From Candidatus Magasanikbacteria bacterium CG_4_10_14_0_2_um_filter_41_10 (GTDB lineage: Bacteria; Patescibacteriota; Patescibacteriia; Magasanikbacterales; UBA922): 64,000 nucleotides of DNA. Every line of letters starts with the position of its first letter. The first letter of the stretch is position 1. This document shows positions 37,010 to 46,540 of this stretch, piece after piece. Position numbers and translations under genes: made by a program. Location: positions 293-64,292 of the forward strand of contig PFPJ01000055.1 of the NCBI GenBank assembly GCA_002792995.1, given 5' to 3'. The notes under the pieces are model-generated. The model did no database searches, was not told where the DNA came from, and saw only the letters and a list, made by a program, of their open reading frames with translations.

Positions 37010-38878
37010 ATGAACAAAAATTTTGCTATTTTTCTCTCTCTTTTTCTTACCACATCCCTTTTTGGGATGTCGGCTTCTCGAGTAGATGCTGCAGACCCTG
37101 TTCTTACTATACGAGACAGTGGTTTTTCCACCAAATACGTTTCACAGTCTGAACATGACCCGATTACCATCGAAGCTGGTACCACAAAGGTGGTAACTGT
37201 TCAATTCAAAAATACGGGCACCAAATCTTGGATCAACGAAGGAAAAAATTTTATTTCTGCATATACGATGGGGCCACGTGAAAGAGAATCTGTTTTTTTT
37301 GAATCAGGGTGGATCAGCAAACAACAGATAGGACGTATGACTGGGACAGTGAAGCCTGGTGCTGTTGGTGAACTGGGTGTGCCACTTCATGCTCCAATGA
37401 AAACGGGTACCTATCGAGAAGAATTTCATCTCGCTGCAGAAAATTGGTCGTGGGTCGACAATGGATATTTTTATCTCGATATCAACGTTGTTCCAAAGGT
37501 AGTCTCAGAAGCAAAGGAAACAACGGCAACAAATGACACTCCCTCACAAGCAACTGATGCGACTACCATAGCCAGCACCTACGAAGCGAAACGTATAGGG
37601 TTGAGTAAAAAATCAGTAGAAGTGGTGGGTGGAACTCAAGTGAGCGTTGTAGCTATTTATCAAAATATTGGAAAGACAAATTGGAATGGATATAGTCTTA
37701 CCTCTGGATCACCAACATCACTCGCATCGGTAGGGGCATCGTTTGCAGATCACAGCTGGCTCAATGGCAATGTGATCCTTGCTGCGAATGACACTGTGGA
37801 ACAGAGCGGTCTTGTCCGAGAAACATTTACCTTTCGAGCACCATCAACACAAGGAGACTATACCTTTACCGCTGGTTTGCAAGTAGACGAACAGCGACTC
37901 GACAATTTTGATATCAATGTCCACGTTACCCAAAATGCTCCCTTGAACTATGTTGCACCTTCGTTTGGTGATAGTGCGATAGAAGCCGTGGATACCGAAG
38001 TTCCACGATTGGCAGAAGAACCTCGGATTCGTGTTGGTATCGCGACCGAGGGAGATACGTTACAGTTTGTATCATATGAAGATGACTACAGGATTTTTAA
38101 CGGAGATCTTGATGTGGGTATATTGCCACAAAAGAAAATTGCTATATTGACATACGCGGGTGGTGTATATTCCTTTAGTGGGGATGATGTCGATTTTCGG
38201 ACCAATAATCGTATTCGACTCGAACCAGTCAATGACCAACATGCTATTTTTACCATTATGAATATTTCTCGTCCCATGCGTTGGGTGGGGCCCGGCGATT
38301 TCAACAAATATCGGGGTGCTCTCGAATATAGAAAAGGAGAAAATGATGATACGCTCTATGCAGTCAATGATCTCTTTTTCGAAGACTATGTCAAAGGAAT
38401 GTCAGAGACAGGGAGAGGTGATCAGTTTGAATTTGTAAAAGCAAACGTAACTGCCGCACGAACGTATGCATACCTGAGCAAAGGAAAATATCCATTTTTT
38501 GATGTATTGGGAAGCACATATGATCAGCTGTATCTCGGATACAATGTCGAAGTGTACAATCCTCAAGTTGCAGAAGCCGCTATTGCTACTCGTGGGCGAA
38601 TGGTCATGTATGATGGACAAGTTGTCACGACACCATACTTTGGCAATAGTAGTGGGTACACCAAGAGTTGGAAAAGTGTCTGGGGTGGAAGTGAAAAGCC
38701 ATGGCTCGTGCCAGTCAAAGCAACGTATGACCTGCGTGATGGAAAATTGCAGTACGGTCATGGGGTAGGGATGAGTCAGCGCGATGCAAATATCCGTGCA
38801 AAAGAAGAAGGATTGGATTACAAAGCATTGCTTCAATATTACTATACAGGGGTGGAAGTTGCGTTGATGTATTTGTAA
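37010..38878 (+). CDS. Secreted SpoIID/LytB domain protein
   Basis: Signal peptide and N-terminal beta-rich domains. The C-terminal SpoIID/LytB core includes ...TAARTYAYLSKGKYPFFDVLGSTYDQLYLGYNVE...PYFGNSSGYTKSW. Confidence 0.7.
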   Translation: MNKNFAIFLSLFLTTSLFGMSASRVDAADPVLTIRDSGFSTKYVSQSEHDPITIEAGTTKVVTVQFKNTGTKSWINEGKNFISAYTMGPRERESVFFESGWISKQQIGRMTGTVKPGAVGELGVPLHAPMKTGTYREEFHLAAENWSWVDNGYFYLDINVVPKVVSEAKETTATNDTPSQATDATTIASTYEAKRIGLSKKSVEVVGGTQVSVVAIYQNIGKTNWNGYSLTSGSPTSLASVGASFADHSWLNGNVILAANDTVEQSGLVRETFTFRAPSTQGDYTFTAGLQVDEQRLDNFDINVHVTQNAPLNYVAPSFGDSAIEAVDTEVPRLAEEPRIRVGIATEGDTLQFVSYEDDYRIFNGDLDVGILPQKKIAILTYAGGVYSFSGDDVDFRTNNRIRLEPVNDQHAIFTIMNISRPMRWVGPGDFNKYRGALEYRKGENDDTLYAVNDLFFEDYVKGMSETGRGDQFEFVKANVTAARTYAYLSKGKYPFFDVLGSTYDQLYLGYNVEVYNPQVAEAAIATRGRMVMYDGQVVTTPYFGNSSGYTKSWKSVWGGSEKPWLVPVKATYDLRDGKLQYGHGVGMSQRDANIRAKEEGLDYKALLQYYYTGVEVALMYL

Positions 38879-38939
38879 ATAAAAACCGATATAAAAAAAC
38901 TCGCCTGTGTGGCGAGTTTTTTGTTCGTTGTATTTTTCG

Positions 38940-40004
38940 TTATTCTTCATTCACATCCATTTTCACACCCGGTTTCTTTTCTTCTTCATCTGGCGCTGCA
39001 CCGCGCTTTACTGCTGCCCAGATATCTTTTTCAATCGTTTTCATGAGTTTTGGATTTTCACGGAGATACGTTTTTGCTTTTTCACGTCCAACTCCAAGCT
39101 TTTCTTCTTTATAACTGTAGCTATTGCCAGATTTGTTGACTACTTTGTATTGAATACCGGTATCTATCAGATCTCCTGAGACAGAAATACCTTCGTTATA
39201 CATGATATCAAATACCGTTGTTCGAAATGGTGCAGCTACTTTATTTTTTACAATTTTTGCTTTCACACGATTTCCAATAACCGTATCACCTTGTTTGATT
39301 TGTGCACTTCTGCGAACTTCTATACGAACTGAACTATAAAATTTCAATGCATTTCCTCCAGTCGTTGTTTCTGGATTGCCAAAAAACACACCAATCTTCA
39401 TACGTGTCTGATTGATGAAAACAACTACGGTTTTGCTTTTACTTACGATACCTGTGAGTTTTCGGAGGGCCTGGCTCATAAGGCGAGCTTGGAGTCCCAT
39501 GTGGGAATCTCCCATTTCTCCTTCAATTTCTGCCTTTGGTACAAGCGCCGCCACAGAATCAATCACGACGACGTCCACGGCATTGGATCGGACGAGTGTC
39601 TCCAAAATTTCCAAGGCTTGTTCTCCTGTATCTGGCTGAGAAATAAGCATGTCTTTTATCTGGACACCAATTTTTTTCGCATATTCAGGATCGAGTGCAT
39701 GTTCTGCATCAATGAATGCTGCAATACCACCTTCTTTTTGTACTTCTGCAATGATGTGCTGTGCAAGGGTGGTTTTTCCACTTGATTCTGGTCCAAAAAT
39801 TTCAATAACGCGCCCACGGGGGACGCCTCCAATACCAAGGGCAATATCGAGTGAAATAGATCCTGTAGAGACAGCATCGACATCAGAATTTGGTGTTTCA
39901 CCAAATTTCATGATGGCATTATCGCCATACTTTTGCTTGATTTGCTCGATGGCACTTTCGGCTGCCTTCAGTTTTCCTGCTCGTTCATCTGTAGATGTTG
40001 ACAT
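38940..40004 (-). CDS. recA: Recombinase RecA
   Basis: Walker [11 protein letters not shown] plus L1/L2 loops and overall identity to RecA. Confidence 0.95.
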   Translation of the reverse strand: MSTSTDERAGKLKAAESAIEQIKQKYGDNAIMKFGETPNSDVDAVSTGSISLDIALGIGGVPRGRVIEIFGPESSGKTTLAQHIIAEVQKEGGIAAFIDAEHALDPEYAKKIGVQIKDMLISQPDTGEQALEILETLVRSNAVDVVVIDSVAALVPKAEIEGEMGDSHMGLQARLMSQALRKLTGIVSKSKTVVVFINQTRMKIGVFFGNPETTTGGNALKFYSSVRIEVRRSAQIKQGDTVIGNRVKAKIVKNKVAAPFRTTVFDIMYNEGISVSGDLIDTGIQYKVVNKSGNSYSYKEEKLGVGREKAKTYLRENPKLMKTIEKDIWAAVKRGAAPDEEEKKPGVKMDVNEE

Positions 40005-40093
40005 AAAAAGTGATTAAGGGGCTAAACATGACAGGCAGAACACAAACGGAGCCGTTTGCTCCGTTTGTAGAATACTGTTTTTTTTTCTCCTGG

Positions 40094-40810
40094 TCAACTG
40101 TTGGTTCCAGGCATGTCTTTTGCGGAAATATGTTGGATAGGACGTTGGGTCACATAGCGCGTTTCGGTAGATGTTTTTCCATGTTTTTTGGTGGCTGATA
40201 CCACAATAGTATTCACTCCTTCTACCAGATCCAGTTGTTGTTCAAAGTGTCCTTCTTCTGTATATGAAACATCTTTGCCATTGATAGAAATATGTGTCTC
40301 TGGGTCAGAAATGCCTCTTACCAGGATCTGTTCTTCTGTGGTGATATGTCCGTCATCTGGTTCTATCAGTGTCAGTGTAGGAGGTTCAAGAATTCTGTAT
40401 ACTTGCCACCCAAGATATCCGAGAACACTGATGAAAACCACTGCCACACCTATATATTTCATCATTGCTGGGAGTGCATGAAATGATGAAAATGGTTTTG
40501 GTGTATGCGGATGTGTTTGTTCTTTTTTTTCCTCTTGATCATATCCTTCCTCGATGAGAAATTGTTGTATATATGTTGCAGATGGTATACCCAACACAGA
40601 GAGGTACCGTTTGATAAAGTTTTTTTGGTACACGGTTCCTTGTGGAAGTTGTGCAAAGTTACAATTTTCTAATGCATGAATATAGGTCTTACTGAGTCGC
40701 GTTTTTTCAGCCATCTGAGCAATCGAAAAACCTGCTGCTTCTCTTGCCTCTTTGAGGCGAAAGCATACACGGTTTGTCTGCTCAATTTTTTTTCGCTGAA
40801 ATGATGTCAT
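40094..40810 (-). CDS. RodZ-like HTH (XRE) membrane protein
   Basis: N-terminal HTH FRLKEAREAAGFSIAQMAEKTRLSKTYIHALEN, a central TM segment, and an extracytoplasmic C-terminal domain. Confidence 0.5.
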   Translation of the reverse strand: MTSFQRKKIEQTNRVCFRLKEAREAAGFSIAQMAEKTRLSKTYIHALENCNFAQLPQGTVYQKNFIKRYLSVLGIPSATYIQQFLIEEGYDQEEKKEQTHPHTPKPFSSFHALPAMMKYIGVAVVFISVLGYLGWQVYRILEPPTLTLIEPDDGHITTEEQILVRGISDPETHISINGKDVSYTEEGHFEQQLDLVEGVNTIVVSATKKHGKTSTETRYVTQRPIQHISAKDMPGTNS

Positions 40811-40852
40811 ACAGTGCCTAACGGTAATTCAAACATCGGTGAATTTTTGGTG

Positions 40853-43273
40853 TTAATAAAACATTTTATTTCCACCACGTGCAGGTTTTTCTTCCTCTTC
40901 CTCTTCCTTCTGTTCTTCAAGGTCATCTTCTTTTACGTTTTCTTCACTTTCATCTAACGTTTCATCTCCATATTCTTCATACGTATCCTCTGCTTCTTCC
41001 TCTACTGTATCACTTTCTTCACCATCAAACACATTATACTCTTGTCCCATGCCCATTGTACTCGGTACTTGTTTTTCTGTCACTAATATTTCTCGAGGTT
41101 TTGCACCATCTGCTGGACCAATGATGCCAGCTTCTTCAAGTTCATCAAGAATGCGTGCCGCACGAGCATATCCTACACGAAGACGACGTTGGAGAAAAGA
41201 TGCACTTGCTTTACTCGCTTCAAGGATAGCTTCTTGTGCATCATTATAGAGAGGATCTTGATCATCTGCTGGACCACCAAACATACTTGCTGTTCCATTT
41301 TTTTGTTTTTGTATGATGGATTCATCATATGTTGGTTTTTCCCCACCTTTGAGGTAGGCAACCACATTTTTCATTTCTTCTTCTGTAATAAAGGCTCCTT
41401 GAATACGAACAGGTTTGCTCAGTGCTGCTGTAGAAAAAAGCATATCTCCGCGTCCAAGAAGTTTGTCTGCACCAGCACAATCGAGAATTGTTCGTGAATC
41501 AGTCACCGATGCTACCGAAAAAGCAATACGGCCAGGAATATTTGCTTTCATAAGACCGGTAATGACATCAACACTCGGACGTTGTGTCGCGAGAATAAGA
41601 TGGATGCCTACGGCGCGAGCCATCTGTGCAAGACGGATAATACCAGCTTCCACTTCATTGCTTGCGGTTGCCATGAGATCCGCAAGCTCATCGATAACAA
41701 AGACAAGATATGGAATTTTTGTTTGAGGATGCATGTCATTGTACGTATTGATATCTCTATTTCCTGCTTTTGAAAGCAATTCAAATCGTCGATCCATTTC
41801 TCCGATGGTCCACTTGAGTGCATTCACTGTATCTTGTGAATTGGTAATGACTGGTGTGAGAAGATGGGGAATACCATTGTACAGTGTAAGTTCGACTCGC
41901 TTTGGGTCGATCATGATGAAGCGAAGTGTCTCTGCTGTATTTTGAAAGAGCAGTGACATGATAATGGTGTTTACACATACAGTTTTTCCAGATCCTGTCG
42001 CTCCTGCTACCAAAAGATGTGGCATTTTTGGTAGATCGGCCACCCAAATTTTTCCACCGACATCTTTTCCCAGCGCAAACATCATGTCGTGGGGACGTGC
42101 GGCATATTCTTTTGATTCGAGGAGTTCTTTGAAAGAAACCATCGCTGTTTTTTCATTTGGAACTTCAATACCGACCAGCGATTTCCCTGGAATTGGTGCC
42201 TCGATGCGGATAGGATGAGCAGCGAGCGCAAGTGCGAGGTCATTGGACAGCGCAGTAATTTTTGAAATTTTTACTCCTTTTGCTGGTTTGAGAGAATACT
42301 GGGTTACCGTTGGTCCTACCCGTACTTCCCCCATGTCTACATCAATATTAAATTCAGCCAATGTATTTCTAATAACAGCTTCATTGGATTTGATATCACC
42401 ACTTGTCGGTTTTGACTTGCTCGTTCGGAGTAGTGAAATTTTTGGTGGCGTTTTGATAACCACATGTTTCGCCCAGTCTGGTATTTCATCTTGTGCATGC
42501 ACAACGTGCGTTTTTGGTGTACGGTGTGCTGGTGTTTCTGTCTCGTCTTCTTCCTCTTCGTCATCATCATACATTTCTTCCTCTTCTTCTGAATCTTCAT
42601 CCTCTACATCAATATTTCGTGCTGCAAAACGTCTGTCATGTGGTGATGATTCTGTGTCTTCTTCATCCTCATAGGGATCTTCTTCCTCTTCTTCATCGCT
42701 CCCTTGAGCATTGACTTGTTGTCTGACAAAATCTCCCACGAACCCGAGACCTGCGAGTATTTTTTTGTGGAGAGAAAAGAAATGCAAAATTGCCGTATTG
42801 AATAAGAGAATAAGAGAAACAAGAGCAAGGCCAATCAATAAGATAATACTTCCTATTGCACCAAGATATGTTTTGAGTGGCCACGCAAGCATGCCAAAAA
42901 TACCACCACCATGACCTGCCAGCGCTTGTCGCCACATATCATCAGCACCAAATTGCATATGCATCAGACTGGACAATGTCAGAAAGAAGAGGACTGCACC
43001 GATACCATGTGTGGGGCGATAGTCGTAGCGATTATCTTTGAGGACAAACCATGTAAATATGAGGAGAATGAGTGGGGTCGCAAATCGCATGGAGCCAAAC
43101 AAAAAAGCAAGGATCCATTCGTTCAATATCACGCCCACAGTACTTGCGGCATCAAAAAAACTCAGTGTAATAATGAGAGCAAACATAACAAGAAGGATGG
43201 CAATAATCCCTCGTGAAAGTGTTGGGTCAAAGTTTGATTCGATGTGCTGTTTTTTGCGTGCCATAGCGTTCAT
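40853..43273 (-). CDS. ftsK: DNA translocase FtsK/SpoIIIE with an acidic low-complexity C-terminal tail
   Basis: N-terminal TM domain, an acidic linker, a motor domain with Walker A VAGATGSGKTVCVN, and a gamma domain. Confidence 0.9.
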   Translation of the reverse strand: MNAMARKKQHIESNFDPTLSRGIIAILLVMFALIITLSFFDAASTVGVILNEWILAFLFGSMRFATPLILLIFTWFVLKDNRYDYRPTHGIGAVLFFLTLSSLMHMQFGADDMWRQALAGHGGGIFGMLAWPLKTYLGAIGSIILLIGLALVSLILLFNTAILHFFSLHKKILAGLGFVGDFVRQQVNAQGSDEEEEEDPYEDEEDTESSPHDRRFAARNIDVEDEDSEEEEEMYDDDEEEEDETETPAHRTPKTHVVHAQDEIPDWAKHVVIKTPPKISLLRTSKSKPTSGDIKSNEAVIRNTLAEFNIDVDMGEVRVGPTVTQYSLKPAKGVKISKITALSNDLALALAAHPIRIEAPIPGKSLVGIEVPNEKTAMVSFKELLESKEYAARPHDMMFALGKDVGGKIWVADLPKMPHLLVAGATGSGKTVCVNTIIMSLLFQNTAETLRFIMIDPKRVELTLYNGIPHLLTPVITNSQDTVNALKWTIGEMDRRFELLSKAGNRDINTYNDMHPQTKIPYLVFVIDELADLMATASNEVEAGIIRLAQMARAVGIHLILATQRPSVDVITGLMKANIPGRIAFSVASVTDSRTILDCAGADKLLGRGDMLFSTAALSKPVRIQGAFITEEEMKNVVAYLKGGEKPTYDESIIQKQKNGTASMFGGPADDQDPLYNDAQEAILEASKASASFLQRRLRVGYARAARILDELEEAGIIGPADGAKPREILVTEKQVPSTMGMGQEYNVFDGEESDTVEEEAEDTYEEYGDETLDESEENVKEDDLEEQKEEEEEEKPARGGNKMFY

Positions 43274-43420
43274 GCTCTATTGTATCATATTTTGGTAATT
43301 AGTAACTAGTGATTTGTAATACGCAAATGCATATACTTCTTAACATGTAGCATAATTTTTCAATCTTTTTTTGCGAAAGCAAAAAATAGTCTTAGCGAAG
43401 CAAAATCTTTCGTTGTATAT

Positions 43421-43528
43421 AAAAAAGCACGTTGGTATATAACGTGCTTTTTTCAAAGTTTCTTCTCAGCAATCTTGATGTTCAAGATCGTAGTTGAAGG
43501 GTCGACGCATGAGCAGGTTGCGTCGACC
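43421..43528 (-). repeat. 3' boundary module A of the GC-rich gene 43574-44362: GC hairpin, CCTTCAACT, conserved 26-mer, AT-hairpin terminator (minus-strand sense)
   Basis: Forward AAGCACGTT-GGTATAT-AACGTGCTT, then TTTTTTCAAAGTTTCTTCTCAGCAAT (43448-43473), AGTTGAAGG (43492-43500), and GGTCGACGCA-TGAGCAGGT-TGCGTCGACC (43500-43528). Confidence 0.5.
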
Positions 43529-43573
43529 AGGTTGTTGGTTGTGTGGGGATGACCTCCTGTCAGGTCGGGATGG

Positions 43574-44362
43574 CTACGGCGCGCAGAGCGCCGAGGAGTA
43601 CTCGTGCTCGCAGACCTCCATGTCCGCGTTGCACGTGTCGATGGTGCACGGGTCACCGTCGTTGCAGTTCGAGAGATCGGGGCGGCAGGTGGCGCCCAGC
43701 CCGCCCGGGTCCTCGACGCACCCTTCGACCGTGCAGCCTGCCTCGCAGTCCTGCGTGATGGGGACTTCGCCGCAGACCACCTCCGTGCAGGTGGGGCTGA
43801 AGGCGACGAAGTCACCAGCTTCGTCGCAGTACGGCTTCGAGGTCGCCGTGCAGTCCGTGTAGGTCTCGCACTGCGGTGACTCGGGGCAGACAGCGTCGGC
43901 CGCGAGGAACATACACACGCCGTAGGTGCTGTTGCCCGGCAGAGGGACGCACCTGGGCGAGAAGCTCACGAGAGCTTCGCCCACCTGTTGCCCGATGCTG
44001 TCGTTCGAGCAGTCCATGTCGGACGCGCAGAGGCCCGTGGTGGGCAGGAAGGTGAACCTCGGCGACGCCAGATCGAGGGCGCAGCCCCCGGTCTCGCCGT
44101 TGCAGGTGAAGCCGTCGCCGCAGTCGACCACTGCGTACTCGCAGTGGCCGGACCTCGACCACCAGTTCCACCAACTGAGGTCGGCGCTGCAGCGCGACTG
44201 GTGGATGCACTTCGACCCCGTCGTGGGGTCAATGGTGCACTGACCGTCGTTCCGGCAGGTCGTCGACGACTGCTGCCAGACCAGGATTCCACCACCCCCG
44301 GCCAGCGCAGGGCTCGGGATGAAGAAGATGAGGGCCAACAAGAAGGCCAAACGGATCAGCAT
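43574..44362 (-). CDS. GC-rich (~65% GC) cysteine-rich secreted protein (262 aa, about 34 Cys)
   Basis: AGGAGAG RBS and signal peptide MLIRLAFLLALIFFIPSPALA. The mature region is full of Cys/Asp/Gly repeats (DPCTIDTCN, CGDGFTCNGETGGC) and has a WWNWW patch. Confidence 0.6.
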   Translation of the reverse strand: MLIRLAFLLALIFFIPSPALAGGGGILVWQQSSTTCRNDGQCTIDPTTGSKCIHQSRCSADLSWWNWWSRSGHCEYAVVDCGDGFTCNGETGGCALDLASPRFTFLPTTGLCASDMDCSNDSIGQQVGEALVSFSPRCVPLPGNSTYGVCMFLAADAVCPESPQCETYTDCTATSKPYCDEAGDFVAFSPTCTEVVCGEVPITQDCEAGCTVEGCVEDPGGLGATCRPDLSNCNDGDPCTIDTCNADMEVCEHEYSSALCAP

Positions 44363-44474
44363 GGGTCACTCTCCTGACGCATGCAACTTCTCTACCTAGA
44401 ACATCCAGGTATAAGAAGTTGCTCGGGAACGTGTAAAAAAACTGGACGAATCCAGCTCTTTACTTCTGCCCAAG

Positions 44475-44503
44475 GTTTAGCACAACATAGCATTTTTGTC
44501 AAT
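44475..44503 (-). promoter_or_regulatory. Promoter-like element for gene 43574-44362; near-duplicate of the element at 45975-46004
   Basis: Minus strand TTGACAAAAATGCTATGTTGTGCTAAACC, 24/29 identical to the copy upstream of gene 44661-45833. Confidence 0.4.
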
Positions 44504-44510
44504 TTGTTGT

Positions 44511-44626
44511 TGTGAAAAAAACACCTTGCTAGGTGTTTTTTCAAAGTTTCTTCTCAGCAATTTCAAACAATCTTGAAATAACAGTTGAAGGGGCGACGCA
44601 GCAGTGAAGTTCACTGCTGCGTCGCC
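44511..44626 (-). repeat. 3' boundary module B of the GC-rich gene 44661-45833; same architecture as module A
   Basis: AACACCT-TGCTAGG-AGGTGTT hairpin, identical 26-mer TTTTTTCAAAGTTTCTTCTCAGCAAT (44536-44561), AGTTGAAGGGG (44583-44593), and GGCGACGCAGCAG-TGAAGTTCA-CTGCTGCGTCGCC (44592-44626). Confidence 0.5.
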
Positions 44627-44660
44627 TGGGTTGAGCCCCCACGTAGGGGCGGTTGAGAGG

Positions 44661-45833
44661 TCAGGGTTGGGACTGACACGACGCGATGTCCCACTGACAG
44701 CTCGCGTCGATCGTGCCCTGGACGCTCACGTCGCCGTAGATCGAGACGTGCCCCGCGGTGCCGTTTGGACCGGCGATGAAGACGTCGCCGTTTACGGTCA
44801 GGGCGTTTTCGTCCTGGTTGACGTTTGCCGCGGAGAAGCCGCCGTAGGTGGCGAACTTGGCGCCCTCGACCTTGGCGAACCACTTGTTGTCGTCTGGGCT
44901 CTGGACGAAGCTGATGAATTGCGACGCGTGGTCGAGCCAGGTCAGCTTAACCTGGTTGAGGTAGCCAGGCATCGAGACGATGCCGTTGACATGCATGCCC
45001 ATGTTGCCGATGAGAGCTTGGGCCGTCTCAGCCGTGCTACCCCCGAACCGTGAATCGTGCTTCACCAGTAGGTCATGGTTCACGGTGACGTCCTGAGCGA
45101 AATCGGCGCTGTTTGCTGTGATGCTTCCGCCGACGGTGAGATCGCCAACCAGGTAGCTTCCCTCCGAAGCTTGGAGGTAGCTAGTCACCAGCTGGTCGCT
45201 TGCATACACGTTCGACGTGTGAATACCGTCGTCCGTCAGGACGGAGAACCAGGAGCTCCCGTCGAAGTTGTAACTGAGATGAAGCTTCGGACTGACCTGC
45301 TGGATCCATTCGACGTCGGTCGCGTTGAGGTAGTACTCGTGGACGTCGCCGTTCTTGAGGCCGAGCATCCCCACATGCGCGACGCCCTGCACCCAGGAGT
45401 CGATGAACGACCCCATGTCTGCGGAGACGTACTGTGCCATGACGCGGCCCGCCTGGAGCTGGTTCGGGCCCATGTCGACGTCCTTGTTGATGTACAAGTG
45501 ATCGTCGAACGGGTTGGGCGTATCAGCACCGACGATCGTGAACGTCTCCGTCAGCAGTGCGAGCTTCTGCTTCAGCTCTGCCACCTTCGTGTTGAGCTCG
45601 CTGTTCATGGTCGTGTAGAACAGCCGCTCACCCTCCATGGCCTGGACACGGCCCTCGAGCTGGTCGAGGCGCTGAGTGAACTGGTCGATCTCTGTCGAAT
45701 CGTCGACCACGGGCTGCTGGTCGCCGGCGCAGCTCAGGTTCAGGCTGAGCAGCACGAGGAAGGGGAGGACGATGAGGAAGCGGACGAGGAAGGAACGCTC
45801 ACGAGGAGCGTCGGGGTCATTGAGGCGGTTCAT
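44661..45833 (-). CDS. GC-rich lipoprotein with an N-terminal coiled coil and a beta-rich C-terminal domain (about 390 aa)
   Basis: Start chosen at MNRLN (45833), which has a GAGAGGG RBS; the alternative MFRSRGN start is at 45854. Lipobox LSLNLSCAG, then a coiled coil (IDQFTQRLDQLEGRVQAMEG...KVAELKQKLALL), then a Gly/Ser/Val-rich domain with a C-terminal CQWDIASC. About 62% GC. Confidence 0.6.
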   Translation of the reverse strand: MNRLNDPDAPRERSFLVRFLIVLPFLVLLSLNLSCAGDQQPVVDDSTEIDQFTQRLDQLEGRVQAMEGERLFYTTMNSELNTKVAELKQKLALLTETFTIVGADTPNPFDDHLYINKDVDMGPNQLQAGRVMAQYVSADMGSFIDSWVQGVAHVGMLGLKNGDVHEYYLNATDVEWIQQVSPKLHLSYNFDGSSWFSVLTDDGIHTSNVYASDQLVTSYLQASEGSYLVGDLTVGGSITANSADFAQDVTVNHDLLVKHDSRFGGSTAETAQALIGNMGMHVNGIVSMPGYLNQVKLTWLDHASQFISFVQSPDDNKWFAKVEGAKFATYGGFSAANVNQDENALTVNGDVFIAGPNGTAGHVSIYGDVSVQGTIDASCQWDIASCQSQP

Positions 45834-45974
45834 GTTCCCTCTCGATCTAAACATGCATTCATCACCCCCAGACCATCTGGAAGTAATTTCAACATGTTTT
45901 GTGGCTTGAACTTGGAAAAGAGCAGAAAGCAGGACGAATGTCCTACCCTCAATTTCTCAGCCAAAAAGACGTCC

Positions 45975-46004
45975 GTATATAGCACAAATGAGCCTTTTTG
46001 TCAA
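45975..46004 (-). promoter_or_regulatory. Extended -10 promoter for gene 44661-45833
   Basis: Minus strand TTGACA-AAAAGGCTCATTTGTGC-TATATA (TG at -14). Confidence 0.45.
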
Positions 46005-46178
46005 GCTACCCTGTTCAAAAATAGCCTGCAGGGCGCAACCCGCCGGATAGGCGGGTGAAGCCCTGGGGATAACCCTAGGGATAACCTATGGAGCTGCCCC
46101 TAGTGAAGAAAATAGAATTTTGCTAAAATAAGCAAAAAAACGTCAGTTCTTGACAAATAGTTATACACGTGATTCAAC

Positions 46179-46207
46179 TTGACTTTTCTCTCTATACACT
46201 ATATAGT
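46179..46207 (+). promoter_or_regulatory. Sigma70-like promoter TTGACT-17-TATAGT for rpoBC, followed by a 14-bp palindrome and a ~330-nt leader
   Basis: TTGACT at 46179-46184 and TATAGT at 46202-46207. The palindrome ACACTATATAGTGT overlaps the -10 element. Confidence 0.45.
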
Positions 46208-46540
46208 GTAGCAGTTCTCATAAGCCAAAGTGATTGATTTTTTCCCTAAGGGAAGAGAAAAATAACGTTGGTTTATAATAAATACCACGGAGCGAATCTA
46301 CCTTCTTCTTCGATGACGTGTCTGATACGGACTTGACCTTAGGGTCAGGGTGCATTCTCTGGATTATTCGTTACCTGTGCACGCGCAAAACATGCACATC
46401 GAAACGAACAAACAATAAAAATTAGAAAGCAAATCGACCACGGTTTGCCGTTTTTTGTACTCAAAACATTCGGATTAGATGCGTTCATTGCTCTGCAGTG
46501 AATACATATAATTCGAATGTACGTTTAATAGCTTGCACTT

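Noticed and set aside
43421-44626. Integron gene-cassette (attC) interpretation of the GC-hairpin + GTTGAAG modules
   Set aside because: GTTGAAG superficially resembles the integron core GTTRRRY, but the last base is a purine. The inverse core is not at the expected side. The cassettes carry their own promoters. No IntI-like integrase or attI site is present in the window.
43494-46058. Numerous high-GC ORFs overlapping the two island genes (e.g. 43494-43862 +, 43812-44210 -, 43966-44295 -, 45075-46058 +)
   Set aside because: These are Arg/Ala/Pro-rich antisense or off-frame products of GC-rich DNA. The two retained frames have signal peptides, RBSs and terminators.
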